The notes: generated by a model not told the origin, from the letters alone. A stretch of 64,000 bases of DNA from Macrostomum lignano (GCA_002269645.1 NIVC01003327.1:1-64000); one strand, 5' to 3'; positions 26,501-35,649 are shown, counted from the first letter of the stretch. Numbers and translations are program-made.

Positions 26501-27821
26501 TACCTTCTCGAATCCAAAATAATTTTCTGCTAATATTTCATATAGTCTGCCTAGTCTCATTTGAATAACTTTAATCTTGTGTGAAATCTTTAACTCTTCT
26601 TGAAAAAGATCATGAAGAATTTGATCATGCCCAACCTTATCATCAATTAGTTTCAGAAGGATTTTTCGAATTGTTTGCTCCATTTTTACTTTAGAAAAGT
26701 TAACAAGTGCTTATTCTATGACTAGCAAGGATATTGACTTCCTCACTCAGGCCACAACGTAACCTGCGAAAGAATACCCTGGAATTTGAAATTCGCCAGG
26801 ATATTTTCCAGTGGAGAAGCTGGGTGGTAGTTTTGTTATAGCTGACTGAAAATCTAATGCAGAACCTAGAAATAATGGTTTACTGAAGGCCATTTTATGT
26901 ATTTAAAATTTACTATCGTTAAATTGGATGACACTTTCATATTGTATATACCTGAAATTGCATTGAATTGACCCGTGAATCCAACTTTTCTCATGGTTTT
27001 AGAGATGGAATCGTGAAAATTGCACATTTTCAAAATCGCTGTTTTCAGACCATTTTCACCTGTTTTTAGTCATTTTTCACTTATTTTTTTGTGATTTTCA
27101 AAATGAGTGAGGGCATGAGGGTGAGGGCACTCTCCCTTTTAAAAAGTATAAAAATTCTCAAAAATCTGTGTTCTGCGAAATATTCCACATGCCAATACCC
27201 ACACATGCCCTCGCCCTTAAGCACCCTCACACAATATATAAATATATATATATATATATATAAATTTTTACATATTTATATACTCATCACACCACCTTGC
27301 AACTCTGACCTCCTGGTAGTAGTAGTGTGATATAAGGGGCGAGTCATCCAGCGAGCTGGCGCGCACTGCGCCCGAGCAATAAGTGTGGCTCAGACCTTTA
27401 TATCACACTACTACTTCAATTCTTTATAAATTGTTCTATAAACGTCTACTGCTTATGCTCAGGTATTTTAACGTCATTTTTTTATATTTCATTCGATTTT
27501 CAGTTAACAGGCCGTAAGGTGCAATTTAGAGCGGTGCTTCACAGCGAATTCCTTTCGGCTAACAACGCCAACTGCGGAATATTTCTCACTCTGCTGTGCC
27601 GTCTGTTGCCATGGCAACAGCAGTCCGCCTCGGCAACCGCAAAGCAACCTCCAGCGTTGCATCAGAACTTTGCTTGGCTTCCGTGTCCTCAGCTAGCTGA
27701 CCCGCTGGTTTTGCCGGACGAGTTTGAGCAGACTCTGTCGAACTCTGCCAAACTGAACGAACATTGCAGCCACCTGTGCCTGCTAGGAGCCTGCAGTCAT
27801 TCTGATTTTCGGCTCAATTGA
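14530..27821 (+). CDS. NUDT18: Nudix hydrolase 18 (8-oxo-dGDP phosphatase) homolog, about 365 aa; exons 14530-14656, 17429-17589, 18294-18428, 19589-19647, 19762-19779, 19869-20148, 27504-27821
   Basis: MIQEAKPSARGLWYLPAGRLELNESLE|DAVKREFLEEVGL Nudix box; KPDEESLCAKW; ELRSADII; last exon CGIFLTLL..PP..NFAW matches the NUDT18 C-terminus; all splice phases consistent, one GC donor at 18429. Confidence 0.88.
14716..17309 (-). mobile_element. RTE-like non-LTR retrotransposon, 5'-truncated in the APE domain, antisense in NUDT18 intron 1
   Basis: Open frame 17309->14733 with VICVYAPT, VAGDFN, TRLDWIL, SDHRLV (APE) and FVDFRKAFDSV, QGDTLAP, YADD (RT); (TA)n tail; 10-bp TSD AATTTACATA at 14706-14715 and 17310-17319. 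Confidence 0.93.
20283..20876 (+). repeat. left TIR of the Polinton-like element
   Basis: Inverted copy of 26815-27415 with scattered substitutions and indels. Confidence 0.9.
21158..21418. repeat. two diverged tandem copies of an approximately 135-nt unit inside the Polinton-like element
   Basis: Shared blocks CCATATTGTTGC, TGTGTAGCGCGAATAGAA, TGTCTGCGACCCTTCGGGGC, GAGTGAAGTTTGCCTACT. Confidence 0.8.
22114..23990 (+). pseudogene. PrimPol - PriCT-2 - D5_N - SF3 (D5-like) helicase, several stops and frameshifts; true start may be near 21900
   Basis: ITIIDID..IVQTNKGHHFYF..VFAPP (PrimPol); YDSWYKVALIL..FTDWSK..CKRVWNS..TIGTLKKWA (PriCT-2); LLGFNDGVYDL (D5_N); FDGAGGNGKG Walker A, IKLLTGG, LIVECNNKP. 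Confidence 0.88.
23985..24202 (-). pseudogene. N-terminal remnant of a Polinton-type major capsid protein
   Basis: YILNLYEDKTFSFFEKKEDYIKISPTPGSTNNLNVAGGQIVHEVNSTESYILMSEAFGFIKF resembles Polinton MCP N-termini (recalled pattern P..G.TNLN..GG.I...SE.F..I); start codon apparently ATG>ATT; abuts the helicase end (deletion junction). Confidence 0.55.
24208..24661 (-). pseudogene. adenovirus pX-like core/membrane-active protein, one frameshift near 24370
   Basis: HEGGIIPLLGLLPAILGGIGAASG is similar to pX GGILPLLIPLIAAAIGA; the restored tail ELKKAQGSGVL..KQGNGIILRPHEA* has GxG motifs. Confidence 0.7.
24670..25092 (-). CDS. putative virion core protein with GxG protease-site-like motifs
   Basis: AAAAATG start as in neighbouring genes; EGEGIGD.., basic coiled segment, C-terminal QGNGLKKF. 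Confidence 0.55.
   Translation of the reverse strand: MSAYRTNCKRAKGQIETSDSQLLVDKEGEGIGDMISGVTNFLSNHGSKIVSGADAIGKTATAAKNIFDAKKTYSDMSKAGEELEYIKKKRRDKEAKKRMEEEQQIASQSNKAIQDIVKKALGSAEQSQVSLRQGNGLKKF
26270..26761 (-). ncRNA. putative group I self-splicing intron (492 nt)
   Basis: 5' exon ends in U and the intron ends in G; IGS GCCUG pairs with exon CAGGU (U.G at the splice site); R element GTTCAGAGACTTAATG (26368-26353); S element AAGATAAAGTCC (26311-26300); P8 and P9 hairpins; removal restores the frame (GGT CCT). Confidence 0.85.
26327..26683 (-). pseudogene. intron-encoded PD-(D/E)xK (restriction-endonuclease fold) nuclease, 118 codons with one internal TGA at 26473-26471
   Basis: IQMRLGRLYEILAENYFGFEKVKKIDLVHVD*KIALELKSSDNTD: D...ELK motif, resembling Eco47II-like families as recalled; the ORF runs into the R/P8 core. 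Confidence 0.6.
26815..27415 (-). repeat. right TIR of the Polinton-like element; includes the start of the PLA2-integrase gene
   Basis: Inverted copy of 20283-20876. Confidence 0.9.
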
Positions 27822-28249
27822 TGTTCTTTACTAAAGGGAAAATACTGTTCTCTTTGGTCGAGAAAAGAAAGGGTTTGAAGCTCCCTGATTGGTCAGGTTG
27901 TAGAATTTTTTGGAGTTATCTGATTGGTTAGAGGAAGAAAAGAAAAGAAGGCTTCCGGGTAATCTGATTGGCCATTGATGGTACATGTAACTTTTATTAG
28001 AAAAAAAACGGGCGTTTTGTTATTTAAAAATCGACCAATTTTCTGACAGCTTTGAAACAATTCAGTTTAAAGTGCTACATGTATTTCGCTTGTTCGATTT
28101 TTTTTCTGATGCTTATTGCAACAATCGGTTTATTTTCCTACCAAAATTAAATTCTTTCTAACTAAAAAATTTAATATTTATCAAATCATTTCTTCCCAGT
28201 TATTCTGCGTTACAGCAAATTTTTATCGCATGCACCGTGTACACTTGTC

Positions 28250-29175
28250 GGGTTGCTTTCACAAACGCGAAATTTCACAACCGCTAAATCACCTACTTTC
28301 ATAAACGCGAAACTTCACAACCGCGAAACTTCACAACCGCTAAATCACCTACTTTCATAAGCGCTAAATTTCACAACCGCGAAACTTCACAACCGCTAAC
28401 TTTTTTGCAGTCACTTTCATAAACGCGAAACTTCACAACCGCGAAACTTCACAACCGCTAAATCACCTACTTTCATAAGCGCTAAATTTCATAAACGCGA
28501 AACTTCACAACCGCTAATTTTTTTGCAGTCACTTTCACAAACGCGAAACTTCACAACCGCTAAATGCCATCTACTTTCACAACCGCTAAATGTCATCTAC
28601 TTTCACAACCGCTAAATGTCATCTACTTTCACAACCGCTAAATGTCGTCTACTTTCACAACCGCTAAATGTCATCTACTTTCACAACCGCTAAATGTCGT
28701 CCACTTTCGCAACCGCTAAATGTCATCTACTTTCACAACCGCTAAATGTCATCTACTTTCACAACCGCTAAATGTCGTCTACTTTCACAACCGCTAAATG
28801 TCGTCTACTTTCACAACCGCTAAATGTCATCTACTTTCACAACCGCTAAATGTCGTCTATTTTCACAACCGCTAAATGTCATCTACTTTCACAACCGCTA
28901 AATGTCGTCTATTTTCACAACCGCTAAATGTCATCTACTTTCACAACCGCTAAATGTCGTCTACTTTCACAACCGCTAAATGTCGTCTACTTTCACAACC
29001 GCTAAATGTCATCTACTTTCACAACCGCTAAATGTCGTCTATTTTCACAACCGCTAAATGTCATCTACTTTCACAACCGCTAAATGTCGTCTATTTTCAC
29101 AACCGCTAAATGTCATCTACTTTCACAACTGCTAAATGTCGTCTGCGCGAAACTTTACAATCGCCAAATATGTCA
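28250..29175 (+). repeat. left arm tandem array (26-bp unit CTACTTTCACAACCGCTAAATGTCAT)
   Basis: Tandem copies, inverted relative to 35650-36392. Confidence 0.9.
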
Positions 29176-30757
29176 TCTACTTTCTTATTATAGTAGAGTT
29201 CCATTGCCAATTGAGCACAGATACCGAGTGGTAGGTGTTACGTTCTGTAACAGTGACGTCAATAATTACTCTCAGTTAAGTTAAGGCAGATACTCGTACA
29301 TTTTGCATATGTAATGAAGCTATTATACATTCGTCTTCTCGGTGGGGGCTTCATAAGACCAAAATTTCCTAATGTTTGAACTGTAAAGTACAGGGCAGTA
29401 CTTAAGACACGGAAATTTAGGAATTATACAGAAATTATAGAGTAGTCTGAATATATTAATAATAAAACAGTATATAATTATACAGATTTAGGACTCGGAA
29501 CTCGGAACAGAGGAGGGTTTTTTGACCGTGTCTTTAATGAAAGAACACTTGTTTCCCATTCGGGAAGAGAGCATACTCGTACTGTTTTATTTTCCTGGCC
29601 CTTGTGCCTTCCTCAATTCTCACCAGCCATAGCAGGTTCCGGCTCTACATTGATGGGGTAGCGGGGAAACGCGGGTACAAACTGCCAGAGTCTAGAGGTT
29701 GTATGACTCTGCGGACACATGTCTCACACTTTTTACGTTATACTGAAACGCAGTCACAACACATGAGACAGAAAATTTCACAACGTCATAATACTGTACT
29801 ATCCTACTTAGCGTCTCAGTTTTTTTACTGTTTCTTTTTCTTCACTCACACGTGTTGGAAACAGAAAGAAAAAGACAAATTGTTTGCTGTAAGTTTTCAC
29901 TGTACTCAATGATGTTGTAGTATCCATGCTCCATGGTTTTCCACTTCGATTTCGACCTTTTGTATTATTCAACTTTGACAAACGGCAAGATAGCAACAAC
30001 AAAACTGAAAAATGTGCAGGAAACTTGTGGGCACTAAATTATACATTTAAATCCTGCTATATCTTTTAGAGGCTTTGCACCTTGAGTACACGGTTTATAG
30101 AACAAACGATGGAAAGCTTATGAACCGTAACTTGTTGTAACTTGAGAAAAAAGTGCGAATGCCACGTTCTTTAAAAAAGAAACCTAGATACTGCTATTTT
30201 AGAAGGATAAATGCTATAACAATGCGAACGAACTCTAATTTTATTATAATATTTACTTTGATAATGGGACATTATTAGGCATTAGATAATAAGACTATGG
30301 GCCTAGTCTGAAGTACTTTTTCCTTGCGATTTTCTCTCGTATTGTTCATTATGATTATTCACATTGCTCACAGTTTTCTCTCTGGCCACTGGATTCCTAT
30401 GCCCTATGGAATTTGTCAAGGTGCCACCCTCATAAGTTTTGGCTAGCAATGCCGTCTCACAGGCCACTCTCACGAATTCTCCGTTTGTATCTTAACCAGA
30501 TTTATGCACCGGGTACATGATAGCTGCTTATTGCTCGCAATAATATTTACGTTACTTCGAATCATATTTGTTGTTAATTCTTATTACTAACCTCTCCCCG
30601 TCCTTTTTAACTTCTACGCTGAGAGCCTATCGTCCTTTTCTGCACTTAATTCTTATTTTCAATCTGTTCAATCTGAATGCAGACTCTGCTTCCGCCATAT
30701 ATTCCTGTGGTCACGTCCTGCGGCCCTGTGGCCCTTTTCTATTACGAAACGTCATTG

Positions 30758-32902
30758 CTAGAAAAAAATAGGAATGAACATCACACAATCGCCTCGACAC
30801 ACAGGGCACTGCAGTAGTCTGATCTGAATATTCTCTGAACAGATGGTACAAACAACGTGACCACAGGGATATGTGGCGGAAGCAGAGTCTAAGTTTTCTA
30901 GACATACGGGGCATCGTCGTTCGCCGCCGCCAAGGCCCTGGTCGACGGTGTCATCTTGCGGCTGCCCACCAGCACCGCCAAGGGCCGGCTGGGCGATGAC
31001 TTGCGGCTGCCCACCAGCGCCGCCAAGGGCCGGCTGGGCGACGTCTTGCGGCTGCCCACCAGCACCACCAAGGGCCGGCTGGGCGATGACTTGCGGCTGC
31101 CCACCAGCGCCGTCAAAGGCCGGCTGGGCAACGTCGTCTTGTGGCTGCCCACCGGCGCCGCCAAGGGCCGGCTGGGCGATGACTTGCGGCTGCCCACCAG
31201 CGCCGTCAAGGGCCGGCTGGGCGACGTCGTCTTGTGGCTGCCCACCGGCGCCGCCAAGGGCCGGCTGGGCGACGTCTTGCGGCTGCTCACCAGCGCCGCC
31301 AAGGGCCGGCTGGGCGACGTCTTGCGGCTGCCCACCAGCACCGCCAAGGGCCGGCTGGGCGATGACTTGCGGCTGCCCACCAGCGCCGCCAAGGGCCGGC
31401 TGGGCGACGTCGTCTTGTGGCTGCCCACCGGCGCCGCCAAGGGCCGGCTGGGCGACGTCTGGCAACTGACCTACAGCCAGTTCAGCAGCATCATGTGGGT
31501 CGTCTAGAGGGAGACCAGCTGATGCACTCAAATTGCGTAGAACCTCCAGAGGAGTTGCCCGTCCACTGCTTAACAGGTCATACTGCTGCCGAATGCGGAT
31601 ACTTTTTAGTACACTGCGCTTTCCTCGCGCTCGGCGGATTGGAACACCACGTTTTAGCCTATTTAGGTCAGCTGCATAGGTTGAACAAATGCTTCTTTTC
31701 GTTGAGGAATAAAGCGCTACAATGAAATCCCACATATTGGGATGAGCGGTCTCTACAAAGGTCCTCCATTGACTATGGTAGGATTCCTGCTTACTATTGG
31801 TCCTGTCTTCGCAGTTGTGCACAGAGAGGATGGCTGCACCAACCCTCTCGAGCCAGTAGGTCCGGATGTACGTGTAGGCTCGATGCAGTGCTTCCATCTT
31901 GTCATTGGCAAGTGTTGTAACAAATGTCTCAGGTCGCAGGACAGCATGAAGTGCAGCAAGGTGTTGCGCAGGAAGCAGAGGCAAGCACAAAAGCAGTCTC
32001 ACATAGCTTCGAACGTCAGTGTTGCGGCACACTTCACTCCATAGTCCAAGCTTTTTTAGCTTCGTGAGGACAGCTTGCGTGTAGTGAAACCAACATCCAT
32101 GAGCGGTTGATGTCGGAAATGCTTCCAGCAGCGAATCTCGCAGCGCAATTTCGTAATCCGTCATGACACTCAGTGGCTCGAAGGCAGGAAACAGCTGCTT
32201 TACCTTCGACCACACTAAATGGTAGAGGGCCTTTGTCTTGCCAGTAAGTAGCGCAAAAAAGCAAGGAAAAAAGAAACCTTGTTTAACGATTCCAATGGTC
32301 ACTAATTGAAAAAACAGGCGAGGCACAACTCGGAATGTGCCATCAACGAAAATGTTGTTTGCATTTTGAAGCTCAGCCAGGAGTTCAGGGTGAGCAAAAA
32401 AAACAGCAGCATGCTGGTCAACTTGACTGCTTCCCTGGAAAACTTTCTTGCCATCTGCTCCGCAGTTTTGCAGATGCATGTCCACGTCATGCAGAAGTTC
32501 AACAGCCTCATCAACAGATGTTGGGATTCGAGGCTGTACAGCTCGTCTTGCTCGCCACATGCGGAGCTCCACTTCTGGAAATCCAACATCTGGCCCAGCT
32601 GCTTCATCATTTGTTATTTCGTCAAAAACTACTCGTAGGCGCTTTTCTGGCTGTCTTGTCGCAGCTTCATTTAGTCGTCGCTTTAACTTCATCTTTCCAA
32701 TTTCTTCATCAGGGATTGGACCATGGTTATGAATCCCACTGTGTGTGGCAGTCTCACCACTCAGCATAACTTTGGCGAAGCAGTCTTCATTACGACATGT
32801 AAAATAGTGCTTCTCGTTCAATGTTCTTTTGCACCTGTATGCATGCTGGTCTATTAGGAGAAGCCTTGAGCCCCTACGGCCTTCAACAAATTCAAATGGC
32901 AT
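30758..32902 (-). CDS. MULE transposase with N-terminal FLYWCH, Gly/Gln repeat linker and C-terminal RING finger (714 aa, intact)
   Basis: FLYWCH-like YRC..YFTCRNEDC..HNH; IFVDGTF, VMTDYE, GCWFHY, KQESYH; repeated QPALGGAGGQPQ; CPVC..CGHVVCTIC..CPVCR. Confidence 0.92.
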   Translation of the reverse strand: MPFEFVEGRRGSRLLLIDQHAYRCKRTLNEKHYFTCRNEDCFAKVMLSGETATHSGIHNHGPIPDEEIGKMKLKRRLNEAATRQPEKRLRVVFDEITNDEAAGPDVGFPEVELRMWRARRAVQPRIPTSVDEAVELLHDVDMHLQNCGADGKKVFQGSSQVDQHAAVFFAHPELLAELQNANNIFVDGTFRVVPRLFFQLVTIGIVKQGFFFPCFFALLTGKTKALYHLVWSKVKQLFPAFEPLSVMTDYEIALRDSLLEAFPTSTAHGCWFHYTQAVLTKLKKLGLWSEVCRNTDVRSYVRLLLCLPLLPAQHLAALHAVLRPETFVTTLANDKMEALHRAYTYIRTYWLERVGAAILSVHNCEDRTNSKQESYHSQWRTFVETAHPNMWDFIVALYSSTKRSICSTYAADLNRLKRGVPIRRARGKRSVLKSIRIRQQYDLLSSGRATPLEVLRNLSASAGLPLDDPHDAAELAVGQLPDVAQPALGGAGGQPQDDVAQPALGGAGGQPQVIAQPALGGAGGQPQDVAQPALGGAGEQPQDVAQPALGGAGGQPQDDVAQPALDGAGGQPQVIAQPALGGAGGQPQDDVAQPAFDGAGGQPQVIAQPALGGAGGQPQDVAQPALGGAGGQPQVIAQPALGGAGGQPQDDTVDQGLGGGERRCPVCLENLDSASATYPCGHVVCTICSENIQIRLLQCPVCRGDCVMFIPIFF

Positions 32903-34559
32903 TTGTGGTATCGTTTATTTGATGAAGATAGCGTACTGAAAGAGGAAAATTTTGAAAGGTAATATCCATTTGATTACATTGTTCATAAAAATACAACTAA
33001 GTGTATGTACAACCACTTAAAATATGATCCTATTACACTTCCAAATATTCTAAATCTATTACTATTTGTAGATAGAAATCTAAACTATAGCATATGGGCA
33101 ACTCTGCTAAAAAATTATTGTATTGCTAAGTTGGCAAGACAATCCCAGTTTTGTCTTTTTTGACATCACTTCTATATTTTTGGTACTAAATGTAAAAGTG
33201 AAAATCCTCCATTGAAGAAGAATAGGGATAGAACTCCCATTGCCAGAATTCCATTCCCTGAAATTCATCAGCTCAATAATCCCATGACCAGAATTCATCT
33301 TTCAAATCCTCTCCAAATCCACAATGAAACCTTTGAAATATCATATCTTGTTTTCCCTGTTTGGAAAAATTGGCTGTCATTGTCTCCAGACCAAGACTCT
33401 CCTTTCTCCCCTCTCTTCTTTGCTCTTTCATCTCTAATCTCTCATCTCTGCACTCTCTTTTTTATTATATTCTAGCTCTTATTTTTCGTCTCTACTCTCT
33501 TATTTCTCCTCTTTACTTTTCAATGTAAGCATATTGGCAAGTCACGGTCACGGGACCCTCACTGAAGTCCCTACTTAAGTATACCATACGGCATAGGTCA
33601 TAAAATTGTGAGTCAGAAATCATCTATTAAAATTTCTATAAGATTCTAGTCGAATCAGAGTATAATGCCATAAGCTATACAGTTTTAGTTAGCTTAGTAG
33701 CGAGTTATAGAAAAAAATCATTTTATAATATAGCTGTTTTGTAGAAAACTAAGTAGCTAAAAATAAAATTTAATATTAACTTGGAGACTAAGAAGCCATG
33801 GGCCTGTATAATAAAAAGAGGACCATAAATAAAAGGTACAAAATTCTATTATTATTAATACATACATGTATATAAAGCTGAGCTGAACCATGGACTTCTA
33901 TACTTAGTATAGAAGTCCATGGCTGAACCAATAGGCAGCTCTGCTCTAAAAACGCAGATATCATGGTTTAGCCATAGAACTCTAGATAATATGGAAGCGA
34001 AGGCTTTTTTGGACCTTTACATAACCGGGCCGACTTGAAAGTAACGTGAGCATAGGATTTCCATTGAATCTTATTCCTGATTCTTGATTATTTTAAAAAT
34101 CTATCAGGTTTCCTTACAGTACAGATTACAAATGCTGGTTCGGACGGTACACTTGAGCCTCCTCGGTCAATCTGTAAACGTTGAAGAGCGAAAGCCTTTG
34201 AAGCTGGCTTCAAAGTTGACTTGCAGCATGATTGATCAAAAAAGCGTTTAAAAAATCAAAATCAAGGCAAGCAGTGGAATGAGACAGCAATTTTGTTCGA
34301 TCCATTGTTCCACCCTGGCATGTTCATAACGTGAGGACGAGCACAATCGATAGGCACAGGAAAGATTGCAGCCGAGATCAAGTCAGATCAGATATGGACT
34401 GGCAGCTATGCCATCTTACTGATGTAGAAAAAAACTACGTGCGCGACTGGAAAATCTGTAAAAGCAGTTCAGTGGAGTTGCGCCTCAGGATATTCAGTAC
34501 CTACCTTGCAGTGGAATCATCAAGCAGCACCCGAGGCATAGATGAAGAAGTCAAGGAAT

Positions 34560-34830
34560 TCGTTCGCGAACTGGAGGCAGTGGGTGAATTGTGAGATGCT
34601 GATGACATCGTCACTTTCTATGTCGCAGGCAAGTTTGCCAAGTCGATTTCAATGCAAAAAAAACTGTCGAGCGAGCCTGTGCCGAACTGCTGGTTGCTGT
34701 TGAAGATAAAGGAGGCGTTAACGAAGCCCCTTCTACGTTCCTGTGAAAGATTAATCGAGGAAGCTTGACGGTACCGTCTGGACCAGAGCTTGCAATCTGT
34801 AAGGAGCCTGGCAGATTTTGAAGCTCTTGT
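34560..34830 (+). pseudogene. degenerate P-element/THAP9-like transposase C-terminal fragment carried inside the Mutator element
   Basis: DDIVTFYVAGKFAK..C(AE)LL..NRGSLTVPS across frameshifts. Confidence 0.4.
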
Positions 34831-35649
34831 GTGACTGAAACCTGCTATGATAAAAACAGAGCTGCTCTTTTCTCTGGCAACTCCTGTAAGTTTTCTTATA
34901 TCTTACCAACACAACAAAGACTTGCGTATATACGAGCTAGCTCGTAACTGTACAGTTTATTTCTCTTACCCGCATCCCCTCCTGCCCCGCCATGGTCCCG
35001 CGTTTCTTTTTGCAGAGGGTAGCGAGTAGCTATACAGTTAACTGTTTATAGAAAGGGTTTTTTTTGAATCCCCAAGCACATTATACAGCCATCACCCGTT
35101 CTTTGTCAGTTTAACTTGACGTGAGAATGACTGAAACTACACACCAAGTTTTCTTATTGCACTCAAATGGCAGTTATCACTATCTTTACAATATTCCCAT
35201 AACCTAACCCTAAACCCTAAAAAGTTGTTTCGGACCCATGTACAACGGCTCAGTGCTCATATTCTAGTATCCACATTTCATTGGCCCTCAGCCCCTCACT
35301 CAATACCCCTTTTATGGAATGGGAAGCAACGGCCCAGTTTTGTCAAAGCCAAAGGGAATAAGAAAAAACAGTCGGCCAGCTCAGGGCCCGGTTATTTAAA
35401 AATTTTCAAACCCTTGTTAAAAGACTTCACTTCCATATTATCTATAATTCTATGGTTTAGCTTAGCACATCAGTTGTGGCTTGTAATGTAAGTAGGTAGC
35501 TTTTTCAAAACGTCCTTTAAAAAATTATAACCGCAGTCTATGGGCTGTGCGCCGCGTTGTACAGCCTGCAGTGTCGTGTAGTTTTTTCAATACGATTTGT
35601 GTTAAAAATAATTTCATAAACCGCAGAAACCTGCAAAAATGATAACTTG

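Larger units (their letters stand above)
25046..26893 (-). pseudogene. PLA2-like domain plus Polinton rve integrase; exon 1 26893-26762, exon 2 26269-25046; one premature TAG at 25624-25622
   Basis: Spliced GEFQIPGYSFAG|PDTNLDKRL..IDWTAYYHDKNY..HIADEKM..IIKAKVRFGLG (parvovirus VP1u-type PLA2); DDE in WHAD, LCVDEGKEF, MIERFNRTL; C-terminal FKVGDKV. Confidence 0.9.
20283..27415. mobile_element. Polinton/Maverick (adintovirus-like) element, internally deleted, in NUDT18 intron 6
   Basis: 5'-AGTAGTAGT...ACTACTACT-3' termini, 6-bp TSD TCAATT (20277-20282, 27416-27421), about 595-bp TIRs, rve integrase, PLA2-like domain, pX-like protein, capsid N-terminal remnant, primase-helicase. Confidence 0.93.

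Noticed and set aside
26265-26752. TCAGGC direct repeat flanking the insert, suggesting a transposon TSD
   Set aside because: Removing it does not restore the frame and there are no terminal inverted repeats. The repeat is explained by the intron guide sequence (GCCUG) mirroring the palindromic splice site.
26270-26761. Spliceosomal intron explanation for the PLA2 interruption
   Set aside because: No AG precedes CCT GAT, and no GT-AG pair restores GYSFAG-PDT; U|...G| boundaries with R/S elements fit group I.
28250-29175. CRISPR-like appearance of regular repeats (also 40250-41265, 47345-48605)
   Set aside because: Head-to-tail tandem units without unique spacers, no cas genes, eukaryotic context.
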